Source of the DNA: Minisyncoccia bacterium
Lineage (GTDB): Bacteria > Patescibacteriota > Minisyncoccia > Phycocordibacterales > UBA918
Assembly (NCBI GenBank): GCA_041736805.1
Contig: JBGSSW010000007.1
Coordinates: 1 to 62,426 of the forward strand
DNA length: 62,426 nt
Reading direction: 5' to 3'
The notes below the pieces were generated by a model that was not told the DNA's origin, made no database searches, and worked only from the letters and a program-made list of their open reading frames with translations. Of this stretch, positions 45,033-55,423 are shown one piece after another. Each line of letters opens with the position of its first letter. Position 1 is the stretch's first letter. Both the position numbers and the translations under genes were made by a program.

Positions 45033-47222
45033 ATGAAAGATTTTTTGAAAGTGGTGGTTTACGGCGGTTTATTTATAATTCCATTTTTAACGTTGTATGT
45101 AGCGAATGATTATTTCTTCCCCTATATTACCGGTAAGAATTTTGCTTTCCGTATCATTGTTGAAATAATTTTTGTTGCTTGGGGTGTCTTGTGTCTGCTT
45201 GATACTAAGTATCGTCCCAAGTTCTCTTGGGTCTTAGTTAGCTTCAGCATTTTCTTGATTGTGATGTTTTTTGCTAATCTCTTCGGTAAACATCCTTCCT
45301 CTAGTTTTTGGAGTAATTTTGAACGGATGGATGGTTACGTTACAATCGCGCACATCTTTCTTTACGCTGTCGTCCTTGGTAGTGTTCTTACTACTAAAAA
45401 AATCTGGTCAAGTTATCTCTACGCCACTCTCCTGGCAGCTACCATTACGGCCCTCTATGGATTGGCACAATATACTGGGGTAGTAGAAGGCTTTGAAAAT
45501 CGACGTATCGAAAGTTATCTAGGTAACGCCGCCTACTTCGCCATCTATATGTTCTTCCATATCTTTATTGCTTTTTGGATGTTTGTGGAGAGTAAGGTGA
45601 CGCTACATCGTGTCGTCTTTGGCTTACTAGCTATTTTGTTTACCTATACTTTATTTCAGGCTGGTACCCGTGGTACTGCTCTAGGCTTGATGGTTGGTAT
45701 TGCTGCCATGGTGACATACATCATACTTTTTGGGTCCAAGTACAAAGAGTTTCGTCGTTACGCCGTTGGAGCCTTTGTTTTATTGATAATCGGGGTTGGA
45801 GTCTTTGTGATTGGTAAGGATAGTGATTTTATCCAAAGTAACGGAAGTCTAGCTCGTATTGCTAACATAAATCTCTCTTCAGACCTAAAGGTGCGCGGCA
45901 CTATTTGGATGATGGCTTGGGAAGGAGTCAAAGAGCGTCCGGTCTTGGGATGGGGTCAGGGTAATTTCAATTATGTCTTTAACGAACAATACCAACCCTT
46001 CTTGTTTGATCAAGAGCAATGGTTTGATAGAGCACACAATATTATCTTCGATTGGTTAGTTGCTGGCGGTTTTATAGGTCTCATTTCTTACCTGGGTATT
46101 TTTGCGGCCTGTCTTTATTACCTACTCATTTTACCTTTCATTAAAAAAGATGATGAAACGTTCAATGTGTTGGAGAGGGGTGTACTTTTCGGTATTTTGG
46201 TAGGGTACATGACCCACAACTTGGTGGTGTTTGATAACATCGTCAGCTATATGTTCTTCGGACTTATTTTGGCTCTGATTCATAGTCGTGCTGGTGTTGT
46301 CATGCCGAAGGTGGAAAAATTCAAGATGGATACTAATCTGGTTAAGCAATTCGTTGCCCCAGTAGCAGCGGTTGTAGTCTTTGCTTTTATCTATACAATG
46401 CAAATTCCTAACATTAAAGCCGCTTCCGATATTATTGATGGCTATCGGGCAACTACCATAGAAGACAAACTAGCCGCTTTTGAAAGAGCAGCTGGAAGAA
46501 ATTCATTTGGTAAACAAGAGATTTCTGAGCAAATTGCTCAACAGGCGATGTCTATTGTTAGAGACGAAAAAATCCCGCTCGAGATGAGGCAAAAGTTTGT
46601 TAATTTAGCCGAGTCAGAATTACTGGCTTTAGCCAAAGAAAAGCCTGGAGATGCTCGGATTCATGTTTTCATCGGCTCGTTTTATCGAGCGGTAAATGAA
46701 CTAGAAAAAGCTGGCGAACAGATGGCTATTGCTCGTCAGCTTTCACCAAATAAGCAATCAATTATTTCCCAGCAGGCAATTGTTGAATACAGCAAAGGAA
46801 ATATGGAGGCCGCTCGCGACTTGTTTAAAGAAGCTTTCTTGTTAGATGAAAGAAACTACGAAGCGCGTGAGTACTACGCTGCCTTACTATTCTTGACCGG
46901 TGAGGGAGAAGCCGCAAAAGCATTGGCGATAGATGAAACCGCTATCAATCGTTTCGCAGTAAATGATTTTGTCATGGGTTCGGTCAAACAAGCCGGAGAC
47001 AATGCTTTTATGGTTGAACTATACAAAGCCAGGATTATCCAACAACCAGATATTGAACAAAATCGAGCTTCTTTAGCTTTCTTGTATTACGAACTAGGAC
47101 AAACCGACTTAGCCTCTGCAACCTTGCGGGAAGCAGCTAGTGTCAAGCCAAGCTTTGCCAAGACTGCGACTTGTATTGCTGACAATATTGATGCCGGTAA
47201 AGCACCAGAAGAAGGTTGTTAG
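45033..47222 (+). CDS. O-antigen ligase/polymerase-like (Wzy_C) polytopic membrane protein with a C-terminal TPR domain
   Basis: About 12 TM helices in the N-terminal ~450 aa, with a QAGTRGT loop motif. The C-terminal ~270 aa are TPR-like helical repeats. Confidence 0.8.
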   Translation: MKDFLKVVVYGGLFIIPFLTLYVANDYFFPYITGKNFAFRIIVEIIFVAWGVLCLLDTKYRPKFSWVLVSFSIFLIVMFFANLFGKHPSSSFWSNFERMDGYVTIAHIFLYAVVLGSVLTTKKIWSSYLYATLLAATITALYGLAQYTGVVEGFENRRIESYLGNAAYFAIYMFFHIFIAFWMFVESKVTLHRVVFGLLAILFTYTLFQAGTRGTALGLMVGIAAMVTYIILFGSKYKEFRRYAVGAFVLLIIGVGVFVIGKDSDFIQSNGSLARIANINLSSDLKVRGTIWMMAWEGVKERPVLGWGQGNFNYVFNEQYQPFLFDQEQWFDRAHNIIFDWLVAGGFIGLISYLGIFAACLYYLLILPFIKKDDETFNVLERGVLFGILVGYMTHNLVVFDNIVSYMFFGLILALIHSRAGVVMPKVEKFKMDTNLVKQFVAPVAAVVVFAFIYTMQIPNIKAASDIIDGYRATTIEDKLAAFERAAGRNSFGKQEISEQIAQQAMSIVRDEKIPLEMRQKFVNLAESELLALAKEKPGDARIHVFIGSFYRAVNELEKAGEQMAIARQLSPNKQSIISQQAIVEYSKGNMEAARDLFKEAFLLDERNYEAREYYAALLFLTGEGEAAKALAIDETAINRFAVNDFVMGSVKQAGDNAFMVELYKARIIQQPDIEQNRASLAFLYYELGQTDLASATLREAASVKPSFAKTATCIADNIDAGKAPEEGC

Positions 47223-47240
47223 GCTCGTGCAGCTATATGT

Positions 47241-48269
47241 ATGGCCTTAGTCATCCAAGAAAATATTCCTTTAAACCAATACACAACCTTTAAAACTGGC
47301 GGAGCAGCTAGATATTTTGTGGAGGTGAAGTCAGAGGAGGAGGTAAAAGAGGCAGGGCGTTTTTCGGATCAAAAAGCCCAGCCTCATTTAAACATCGGTG
47401 GTGGTTCAAACCTACTGATTTCCGACGAGGGTTTTTCTGGTCTTGTCATCTTAAATTCCCTCAAAGGTCGAACTTATACGGAAGAGCCAAATGGCGAAGT
47501 CATATTAGTTGTTTCTGCTGGAGAGATGTTTGATGACGTAATTGCAGAAACGGTTGTACTTGGATATTGGGGTCTAGAAAATTTATCGGGTATACCAGGG
47601 ACAGTGGGAGCTACACCAGTCCAAAATGTTGGAGCGTATGGAGTGGAGGTAGCTGAACTAATTTCATCAGTTGAAACTTACAATTTCACTACTCATGAAA
47701 AAAAAGTTTTTACTAAAAAAGAATGCGAATTTAATTATCGTGAGTCATTTTTCAAAAAAGAAAATGGAAAAAACTTTTTTATCACTAAAGTAAATTTAAA
47801 ATTAAGTAAAGAAAAAACTCCAAAACTTTTCTACGCTGACCTAAAAAATAAATTTTTAGCTAGTACACCGACTCAAGAAGAGATAAGAAAGACAGTGATT
47901 GAAATTCGTGCTCAGAAATTTCCTGATTGGAAAGTGTATGGCACCGCGGGTTCATTTTTTAAAAATCCAATCATCGAGGCGGAGCAATTAGTTGACTTAT
48001 TATTACAATATCCCGAACTACCTCACTATGAAGCGGGGGCAGGTATGGTCAAAATACCCTTAGGATACGTGCTAGATAAGCTATGTGGACTAAAGGGCTA
48101 TCGCAACGGCAAGGTAGGTCTTTTTAAGGAACAGGCTTTAGTGTTGGTAAATTATAGTGATGCAACTTCAGAGGAGATAAAAAATTTCGCTACTAAAATA
48201 GCTGAAAAAGTTTTTACAAAAACAAAAATCATCATTACGCCAGAAGTTAGATTTATAGAATTTAATTAA
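47241..48269 (+). CDS. murB: UDP-N-acetylenolpyruvoylglucosamine reductase
   Basis: PLNQYTTFKTGGAARYF, GGGSNLL and GSFFKNP motifs. Confidence 0.88.
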   Translation: MALVIQENIPLNQYTTFKTGGAARYFVEVKSEEEVKEAGRFSDQKAQPHLNIGGGSNLLISDEGFSGLVILNSLKGRTYTEEPNGEVILVVSAGEMFDDVIAETVVLGYWGLENLSGIPGTVGATPVQNVGAYGVEVAELISSVETYNFTTHEKKVFTKKECEFNYRESFFKKENGKNFFITKVNLKLSKEKTPKLFYADLKNKFLASTPTQEEIRKTVIEIRAQKFPDWKVYGTAGSFFKNPIIEAEQLVDLLLQYPELPHYEAGAGMVKIPLGYVLDKLCGLKGYRNGKVGLFKEQALVLVNYSDATSEEIKNFATKIAEKVFTKTKIIITPEVRFIEFN

Positions 48270-48495
48270 AAAAATATTTTTTAAAATATTTTTTTAATTA
48301 AATTCACTGTAAAAAAATTATAAATTTTTTTACAGTGAATTTCTTATCCACAAATTTTTTTTCAAAAAGTGATTGTATAAATATTTTTTACGAGAGATAA
48401 TATATATAAGCAAAAAATCTTCTCTCACGATTTGTTCTTTACATCGAGAAGGTCTTGCGGTCGAACTTTATTCACTAATACTCTCATCACATTTT

Positions 48496-48642
48496 ATGGC
48501 AACAAAGAAGAAGGCTGCTAAGAAAGTAGCAAAGAAGGCCGTCAAGAAAGTAGTAAAGAAGAAGGCTGCTAAGAAAGTAGCAAAGAAGGCCGTCAAGAAA
48601 GTAGCAAAGAAGGCTGCTCCAAAGAAGAAGGCAAAAAAGTAA
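48496..48642 (+). CDS. Histone H1-like Lys/Ala-rich small basic protein
   Basis: MATKKKAAKKVAKKAVKKVVKKKAAKKVAKKAVKKVAKKAAPKKKAKK, with a 51-nt unit repeated at 48504 and 48555. The track's N-terminal extension from 48373 is not convincing. Confidence 0.6.
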   Translation: MATKKKAAKKVAKKAVKKVVKKKAAKKVAKKAVKKVAKKAAPKKKAKK

Positions 48643-48755
48643 TCAAAGCAGACGGAACGTTCCATCTGCCGATTAGATTAATAGCTTAATCGCCCCTCGG
48701 GGCGATTTTGCTTTTTTTTGTAATTATATGTGAGAGCGTATATACTAGGCGCATT

Positions 48756-51281
48756 ATGTCATTCCTAGATAAATTCTTTGGTCCTACCTATGAAAAAGAG
48801 CTTAAAACTGTAGCTCCAGTTGTGGTTGCTATCAACGCACTTGAGGAGACTTACGCCAGCTTTTCAGCCGCAGGGATTATCGAAAAGACTACTGAGTTAA
48901 AAGGACGTATTTCTAAGGGTGAGACTCTAGATGATGTTTTGCCAGAGGCCTTTGCCCTTACTCGTGAGGCTGCCAAGCGTACTCTTGGCTTGAGACACTA
49001 TGATGTGCAATTGATTGGCGGTATTATTCTCCATCGTGGAAATATTACTGAGATGAGAACAGGGGAAGGAAAGACTTTGGTAGGTACCTTACCAGCCTAC
49101 TTAAATGCCTTAACTGGTAAAGGAGTTCATGTTGTAACAGTCAACGACTACTTGTCCAGACGTGATGCCGTGTGGATGGGTCAAATTTATGCTGCTCTTG
49201 GTTTATCTATTGGTGTCATCAATCACGATGCTTCTTTTTTATATGATGCCAATCACCAAGAGGCTGATGCCTTGCGAGATGAAGTTGGTTCTTACAAGGT
49301 GGTTTATGATTTCCTTCGTCCTTGTACTCGCAAAGAAGCTTATGAAGCCGACATTACTTACGGTACTAACAGTGAATTTGGCTTTGATTTCTTGCGCGAC
49401 AATATCGAATACGAAGCTGAACACTTAAGACAGCGAGGACACAATTACGCCATTGTCGACGAAATTGACTCTATCTTAATAGACGAAGCGCGTACCCCGT
49501 TAATTATTTCCGCTCCCGCCAATGATTCAGAAAATCTCTATGGAGTTTTTGCTGAGATTGCCAATAACCTAAAACCAGAAGAACACTATAATATTGATGA
49601 AAAATTAAAGAGCGCCACTCTAACAGACGCTGGAATTGAAGCCGCAGAGAAAATGCTTGGAATAGATAATATTTATACTGATAAAGGGATTAAGTATGTA
49701 CACCATCTAGAGACGGCTGTTAGAGCCAAGGCACTTTTTACTAAAGATAAAGAGTACGTAGTTCGTGATAATGAAGTGGTTATTGTGGATGAATTTACTG
49801 GGCGTTTACAACCGGGACGTCGCTGGTCTGATGGTCTTCACCAAGCGGTAGAGGCCAAAGAAGGAGTTTCTATTCAGCGTGAATCCAAGACTTTTGCTTC
49901 AATTACTTATCAGAATTATTTCCGTATGTATACGAAGTTATCAGGTATGACAGGGACGGCTCTCACCTCACAGGAGGAGTTTTTTACTGTCTACAAGCTA
50001 GAAGTAATCCCGATTCCAACCAATCGCAGTATTGCCAGGACAGACCATACTGACCTTATTTATCAAAACGAACCCGGCAAGTTTAAAGCCATCATCTCCA
50101 AGGTAAAGGAGGTCCATGCTAAAGGTCAACCAATCCTAATTGGGACTGCTTCAATTGAATCAAACGAAAGACTTTCAACTGCCCTAAATCAGGCCGGAGT
50201 ACCACACGAAATGTTGAACGCCAAAAATCATGAACGGGAAGGAGAAATTATTGCTGCCGCAGGACGGGTTGCCGCTGTCACTTTAGCCACCAACATGGCT
50301 GGTCGTGGTGTAGACATCAAACTGGGAGGTCCAGAAGCTACCAAGGAGCAATCTGAGGCGGTAAAGGCCTTGGGAGGTCTATTTGTGCTTGGTACAGAGC
50401 GACATGAGGCCAGACGTATAGATAATCAGCTCCGAGGTCGTTCAGGCCGTCAGGGAGACTCTGGAGAGACACAGTTTTATGTTTCCATGGAAGATAGTCT
50501 GATGCGAGTCTTTGGTGGGGAACGGGTCAAGAACTTAATGGGGACCTTTGGTATCCCAGAAGACCAACCAATCGAAATGAAAATGTTGGCCAACACCCTC
50601 GAAAGCGCACAGACAAGAATCGAAGGATTTCACTTTGATTCCAGAAAACAAATTTTGGCTTATGATGATATTTTGAATCAACAACGTATGGCAGTCTATG
50701 CTCGTAGACACAAATTACTTGTTCACGATGAAAAGGAAATAAACACCATTCTAGATGAAGTTAGGGGAGTTAGTGAAGAGGTGTCTAGTTCTATTGATAG
50801 CAAAATCGCCGAATTAGGTGAGTCAGCTTTTCTAGATTTATTCCGTAAGATGTCTTTACAGATGATTGATACTCTTTGGGTTGAACATCTTGAAGTAATG
50901 TCTTATACCCGCTCAAGTGTAAACCTCCGCGCTTATGGTCAGCGAGACCCATTGGTTGAGTACCGTAAGGAAGGTACTAGACTCTTCAAAGAAATGCAGG
51001 AAGTTATTTTGTGGCGGATTGGTGAACTTATTCCAAAACTTCAGACAGTCTTAGTTGAAAGAGAAGAAGCCTTAATGAAAAAAATTACCGAAGAGGCTCA
51101 AGCTGCAGCTGGGGAAACAGAGGGAAGTAAAGGTTCAAATCAACCGGCCCAAAACAAACAAGTTTACGGACGCAATGATTTTGTTACTATTACTGACGGC
51201 AAGGTCACCGATACGGTAAAATACAAAAAAGCTGAAGCTTTGCTAGCTACTGGTTCGTGGAAAATTGTTACTAAGTCTTAA
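48756..51281 (+). CDS. secA: Preprotein translocase ATPase SecA
   Basis: MSFLDKFFG.., MRTGEGKTLV, DEIDSILIDEARTPLIIS and LRGRSGRQGD motifs. Confidence 0.93.
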   Translation: MSFLDKFFGPTYEKELKTVAPVVVAINALEETYASFSAAGIIEKTTELKGRISKGETLDDVLPEAFALTREAAKRTLGLRHYDVQLIGGIILHRGNITEMRTGEGKTLVGTLPAYLNALTGKGVHVVTVNDYLSRRDAVWMGQIYAALGLSIGVINHDASFLYDANHQEADALRDEVGSYKVVYDFLRPCTRKEAYEADITYGTNSEFGFDFLRDNIEYEAEHLRQRGHNYAIVDEIDSILIDEARTPLIISAPANDSENLYGVFAEIANNLKPEEHYNIDEKLKSATLTDAGIEAAEKMLGIDNIYTDKGIKYVHHLETAVRAKALFTKDKEYVVRDNEVVIVDEFTGRLQPGRRWSDGLHQAVEAKEGVSIQRESKTFASITYQNYFRMYTKLSGMTGTALTSQEEFFTVYKLEVIPIPTNRSIARTDHTDLIYQNEPGKFKAIISKVKEVHAKGQPILIGTASIESNERLSTALNQAGVPHEMLNAKNHEREGEIIAAAGRVAAVTLATNMAGRGVDIKLGGPEATKEQSEAVKALGGLFVLGTERHEARRIDNQLRGRSGRQGDSGETQFYVSMEDSLMRVFGGERVKNLMGTFGIPEDQPIEMKMLANTLESAQTRIEGFHFDSRKQILAYDDILNQQRMAVYARRHKLLVHDEKEINTILDEVRGVSEEVSSSIDSKIAELGESAFLDLFRKMSLQMIDTLWVEHLEVMSYTRSSVNLRAYGQRDPLVEYRKEGTRLFKEMQEVILWRIGELIPKLQTVLVEREEALMKKITEEAQAAAGETEGSKGSNQPAQNKQVYGRNDFVTITDGKVTDTVKYKKAEALLATGSWKIVTKS

Positions 51282-51291
51282 CCCAAATAAT

Positions 51292-51627
51292 ATGAAGTTA
51301 ATCACTCGTTTACTACTGGTAGCTCTTGTCCTTCTGGTGGTAGCAGAATTTATTCCCGGGATAACGGTAGATGGATTTTACCCAGCTCTAATTGCCTCTA
51401 TTACTATCGGACTACTCAACCTATTCGTTAAACCGATAATTTTTATCCTAACTTTACCTATCAATATCCTCACTTTAGGACTATTCACCTTTGTCATTAA
51501 TGCTTCATTATTCTGGTTTGCGGGCACCTTTATCCAAGGCTTTTCAGTAGCCAGCTTCTGGTATGCGCTACTGGGTTCAATTATAGTCTCGGCTGTCAGT
51601 TCACTAGCTATAAAACACATCAAGTAA
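51292..51627 (+). CDS. DUF360 / phage-holin-4_2 family membrane protein
   Basis: 111 aa with 4 TM helices. The FVKPIIFILTLPINILTLGLFTFVINA segment is typical of PF04020. Confidence 0.7.
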   Translation: MKLITRLLLVALVLLVVAEFIPGITVDGFYPALIASITIGLLNLFVKPIIFILTLPINILTLGLFTFVINASLFWFAGTFIQGFSVASFWYALLGSIIVSAVSSLAIKHIK

Positions 51628-51693
51628 GTATCGCTATATTTTATTAGTTATTCTGGTTGACAGAAGTAGCTACAATCAAAACAAAAAACACAA

Positions 51694-51722
51694 AGACAAA
51701 ACCGCCCAGGGCGGTTTTGTCT
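51694..51722 (+). terminator. Hairpin terminator
   Basis: agacaaaaccgccc-a-gggcggttttgtct. Confidence 0.55.
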
Positions 51723-51884
51723 TATCTAGTAACACAAGACCCCAAAGCCTTGCTGTGTACACTTTGCTTCGTTCCTCACCCCAAATTGCTGCCCTTTGCA
51801 AGAGTGGTAGCAAGGCTTTGAGTAGGAACAAATGACTTACTACTTTCTGTACAGGCATGGGTATTTGTGTTATTACTATTGTCC

Positions 51885-52853
51885 ATGTTTGTAGATCAAC
51901 TAACAATTTATGCCAAGGCCGGAAACGGTGGGGACGGAGTAGCTCGTTGGCGACACGAAAAGTTTCGACCATTGGCCGGCCCGGCTGGAGGCAACGGTGG
52001 CAAAGGAGGAGACATTATTTTGCGGGCTGTTCGTGACGTAAACCTCTTAGCCAAATACACTGGCTCGAAAGAATTCGAAGCTCTTGGTGGCGGACACGGG
52101 GAGAGCGGCAGTCGTCATGGTAAGAATGCCGAAGATTTAATTATTGACGTACCAGTCGGGTCCACAGTTACAGATAAGGAAAGAGTTCGTGTGTACGAAC
52201 TTATGGAAGAGGGGCAGACAGAAAGAGTTTTTAAGGGAGGGGGAGGAGGGCTGGGAAATGAACACTTCAAGTCCGCCACCAACCGCTCTCCAGAAGAAGC
52301 GACCAAGGGAAGATTGGGAGAAGGAGGGGAGTTGGAAATCGCCCTATCTCTGGTGGTTGATGTCGGACTGATTGGTATGCCCAATGCCGGCAAGTCAACT
52401 TTGCTAAATACTTTCACCAATGCTCACTCCAAAATTGGCGCTTTTCCTTTCACTACTACGCAGCCACACTTAGGTGATTTTTATGGATACGTAATTGCAG
52501 ATATTCCGGGATTGATAGAGGGAGCAGCAGCAGGAAAGGGTCTCGGACATACCTTCCTAAGGCACGTTACTCGTACCAAAATGCTCCTCCACCTTGTCTC
52601 TTTGGAGACTGAGGACGCTTTAGAACGCTACAAAACGATTAGAGAGGAGCTAGGGGCCTTCAGTAAAGAGCTTACAGACAAAGAAGAGTGGATTATTTTT
52701 ACTAAAAAGGACCTTGTAAATGAAGACTATTTAAAGAGCGCCCTAAAAGATATTGACAAAAATGAGAATCGTGTGTTTGTAATCTCGGTAGAAACTGGTG
52801 AAGGTGTCAAAGAGTTGGCTGACGAGCTTGTGAAGACACTCAGACAGTCGTAA
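51885..52853 (+). CDS. obg: GTPase Obg (short form, ends just after the G domain)
   Basis: MFVDQLTIYAKAGNGGDG, GGNGGKGGD, GMPNAGKST and DIPGLIEGA. Confidence 0.88.
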   Translation: MFVDQLTIYAKAGNGGDGVARWRHEKFRPLAGPAGGNGGKGGDIILRAVRDVNLLAKYTGSKEFEALGGGHGESGSRHGKNAEDLIIDVPVGSTVTDKERVRVYELMEEGQTERVFKGGGGGLGNEHFKSATNRSPEEATKGRLGEGGELEIALSLVVDVGLIGMPNAGKSTLLNTFTNAHSKIGAFPFTTTQPHLGDFYGYVIADIPGLIEGAAAGKGLGHTFLRHVTRTKMLLHLVSLETEDALERYKTIREELGAFSKELTDKEEWIIFTKKDLVNEDYLKSALKDIDKNENRVFVISVETGEGVKELADELVKTLRQS

Positions 52854-52930
52854 AATAAACGCTATTAGGATGCTCTTTTTTCTGAGTAATCACTGATACT
52901 TTTTTAATTCATAAAATCAGTACATTTTAT

Positions 52931-54364
52931 ATGAGCAAAATCTACAAAACTACCATTGGACTTGAGGTTCACGCCGAACTAAAGACAAAAAGTAAGATGT
53001 TTTGTGGGTGCAAAAATGATCCGCATGAAGGCGAACCCAACTCATATATTTGTCCGGTTTGTTTAGCACACCCTGGGTCACTTCCAGTTCCAAATGAAGA
53101 GGCAATTGCCATGGTCCTACTTTTTGGAGAAGCAGTAAATGCTAAACGAGCCACCTATTCTGAGTTCGATAGAAAGAATTATTTCTATCCCGATATCCCA
53201 AAAGCCTATCAGATTAGTCAGTACGCTTTTCCATTTTTAACTGGTGGAAATCTCAAAGGAGTGGAGCTAACACGAGTCCACCTAGAAGAAGATACCGCTA
53301 GAAGTCAGCACGAGCATGACGGTGTCAGTTTGGTAGATTTTAATCGAGCGGGGGTGCCACTGATGGAACTAGTTACCGAACCGGTAATTCATGACGCTAA
53401 GACAGCCGGAGACTTTGCTCGGGAACTTCAACTTTTACTACAGACTTTAGACATTTCTAATGCTCAAATGGAAAGGGGAGAAATGAGAGTCGAAGCCAAT
53501 ATATCTGTCAGTAGTACCAATGAACTAGGTACAAAAGTTGAGGTCAAGAACCTAAATTCCTTCAAGTCGGTAGAGAGTGCCATTGCTTACGAAGTAGAGA
53601 GGCAAATCACTTTGATTGAGCGGGGGGAGACTATAGCTCAAGAAACCAGAGGTTGGGACGAGGTCAAATTACGTACTTACTCACAACGCTCAAAGGAGAC
53701 CGCGAAAGACTACCGATACTTTCCAGACCCAGATATTCCAAAGATAAATACGGAAACTTACCAATACTTCTCTAAGACTCGTCTATCCGAGATAATTCCT
53801 GAATTACCTAATAATAAAAGACTAAAATACGAAAATATCGGCATACCGGGTAATCAGTCTGAATTGATAATAGCTACTAAAGCCCTTGATGGGTACTTCA
53901 CTTTCTTGTTTGAAAAATTTTCTGAAAGTAATGTGACCGTCTTGAAGTTGTCAGCCAATTATTTAACTTCAGATGTTCTGGCCGAGCTGGCCGGAGAAGA
54001 GAATCTGGTACCAACTTTGTCAAATGAGAATTTCGCTGAATTAATATTGATGGTAAGTGAAGCGAAGATTAATTCTCGTGTGGCTAAAGACCTACTAAAG
54101 GAGCTTTTATTTGCTGACGACAGCCCTTTGGCTATAGCTAAAGAGAGAGGCCTGCTGCAGTCTTCAGATCCAGCCGCCTTGCTTGCTGTAGTAACTGAGT
54201 TAATTAGTGAGAATACAACAGTTGTCACCGAATACTTTGGCGGCAAGGAAGCTTCATTACAATTTTTGGTCGGACAGGGGATGAAGAAGACGCGCGGGAC
54301 AGCCAACCCAACTGTACTTTTGGAGGTCATAAAGGATGAGTTAGCTAAGACGAGAAAAGTTTAA
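52931..54364 (+). CDS. gatB: Asp/Glu-tRNA(Asn/Gln) amidotransferase subunit B
   Basis: IGLEVHAELKTKSKMFCGC, LEEDTA and VEVKNLNSF motifs. Confidence 0.92.
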   Translation: MSKIYKTTIGLEVHAELKTKSKMFCGCKNDPHEGEPNSYICPVCLAHPGSLPVPNEEAIAMVLLFGEAVNAKRATYSEFDRKNYFYPDIPKAYQISQYAFPFLTGGNLKGVELTRVHLEEDTARSQHEHDGVSLVDFNRAGVPLMELVTEPVIHDAKTAGDFARELQLLLQTLDISNAQMERGEMRVEANISVSSTNELGTKVEVKNLNSFKSVESAIAYEVERQITLIERGETIAQETRGWDEVKLRTYSQRSKETAKDYRYFPDPDIPKINTETYQYFSKTRLSEIIPELPNNKRLKYENIGIPGNQSELIIATKALDGYFTFLFEKFSESNVTVLKLSANYLTSDVLAELAGEENLVPTLSNENFAELILMVSEAKINSRVAKDLLKELLFADDSPLAIAKERGLLQSSDPAALLAVVTELISENTTVVTEYFGGKEASLQFLVGQGMKKTRGTANPTVLLEVIKDELAKTRKV

Positions 54365-54428
54365 TTTATATACACATATCGGCTACTTTAAGACTTGCCT
54401 GTAGCGAGAGTCTGCTATAATGGTGGTA

Positions 54429-55355
54429 ATGAAAGAGGTAACTATCAATGGAGTTGAATATCAGCCAGCCTCTCTTTTGGCTAAGCAGTTTAGATATACT
54501 ACCGATTACATTGGTCAGCTTTGTCGCTCTAAAAAAGTAGAGGCACAACTAGTAGGGCGTAGCTGGTATGTTAATCCAGCCTCTCTTACCAATCACAAAA
54601 AAGGTCGTTATGTAAAATCTCCTTTAGGCGAGAAAACATCAGATTATACTTACGAAGTAAAGTTATCTCGTCTAGACGTGGAACCTGTGATATCAAAAAA
54701 CTCAGTCAAAATGTCTAGTGAAGTAGCGATAAACAAAAACTTTTCTAAGCGAATGGATTGGAAACCTCTTAAGTACGAAGTCGATGCAGCTGATTTGCTG
54801 CCGCAATTTCAGATTAATTCTAATCCAAGCAAAATTAAGGTTGATTTGGCTGACTCAATTGAACTATCGATTAAAGAAACTTCGAAACCAACCGTCTTAG
54901 AAGCTGAAGAATTACCGACGGTTTCACTAAAGGGTAAGCTAAAAGTAGCTTCTCTAGAGCAGGATTTTGATGCCAAAGAGGAGGTTTTATTAGAAGAAGT
55001 GCCTTTACCGCCCCTACCAAGACCCGTTAGAGTTGCTAAAAAGCCAATTCACTTAAGTCTGCCGACTAGAATGTCGGTAAAAAGAGTCGAGGAGGAGAAA
55101 AATTACAATAAATCTTCACCCCAGGTAGTATCAGCTTCTCTTTTTGTACCTAAAAGTGTTTTGAAAAATGAAGTTGAAGAGGAGAATGGAATTGAGTTTG
55201 TTCAAGTCTCTTTAATTACTACTACAGGCTTACTGCTAGTGTGTCTACTTTTAATATTTTTTGCTGAGAGTAATATCTACGCCGATGCTTCTTCATACAC
55301 TTGGGGGATAGATTTTTCGACAAGGTCTTTGACGGCTTTAGTGTCTCTTTTTTAA
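54429..55355 (+). CDS. Membrane-anchored HTH protein (excisionase/MerR-like N-terminal HTH, C-terminal TM helix), paralog 1
   Basis: INGVEYQPASLLAKQFRYTTDYIGQLCRSKKVEAQLVGRSWYV, and a TM helix LITTTGLLLVCLLLIFF. TGcTATAAT (54413-54421) overlaps the track's ATG 54420, so ATG 54429 is preferred. Confidence 0.65.
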   Translation: MKEVTINGVEYQPASLLAKQFRYTTDYIGQLCRSKKVEAQLVGRSWYVNPASLTNHKKGRYVKSPLGEKTSDYTYEVKLSRLDVEPVISKNSVKMSSEVAINKNFSKRMDWKPLKYEVDAADLLPQFQINSNPSKIKVDLADSIELSIKETSKPTVLEAEELPTVSLKGKLKVASLEQDFDAKEEVLLEEVPLPPLPRPVRVAKKPIHLSLPTRMSVKRVEEEKNYNKSSPQVVSASLFVPKSVLKNEVEEENGIEFVQVSLITTTGLLLVCLLLIFFAESNIYADASSYTWGIDFSTRSLTALVSLF

Positions 55356-55394
55356 CTTAAGTTATCAACATTAATTCTCTGCTGATATGGCCGT

Positions 55395-55418
55395 TTTAGC
55401 TTTATAATTAAAGCTAAA
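55395..55418. promoter_or_regulatory. 9-bp inverted repeat centred on a TATAAT box (candidate operator/promoter)
   Basis: tttagcttt-ataatt-aaagctaaa. TATAAT at 55403-55408 lies 15 nt upstream of ATG 55424. Confidence 0.4.
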
Positions 55419-55423
55419 GCAGT

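Noticed and set aside
48373-48495. A 41-aa N-terminal extension of the Lys-rich protein.
   Set aside because: It starts at TTG, not ATG, and its composition is unrelated to the repeat protein. ATG 48496 gives a typical H1-like protein.
4382-53154. Short antisense or out-of-frame track ORFs inside well-supported genes (for example 4382..4573, 5519..5707, 7269..7497, 10137..10379, 14949..15293, 17925..18134, 49162..49428, 52115..52420 and 53959..54330).
   Set aside because: Each lies wholly within a gene that has clear family motifs on the other strand or in another frame.
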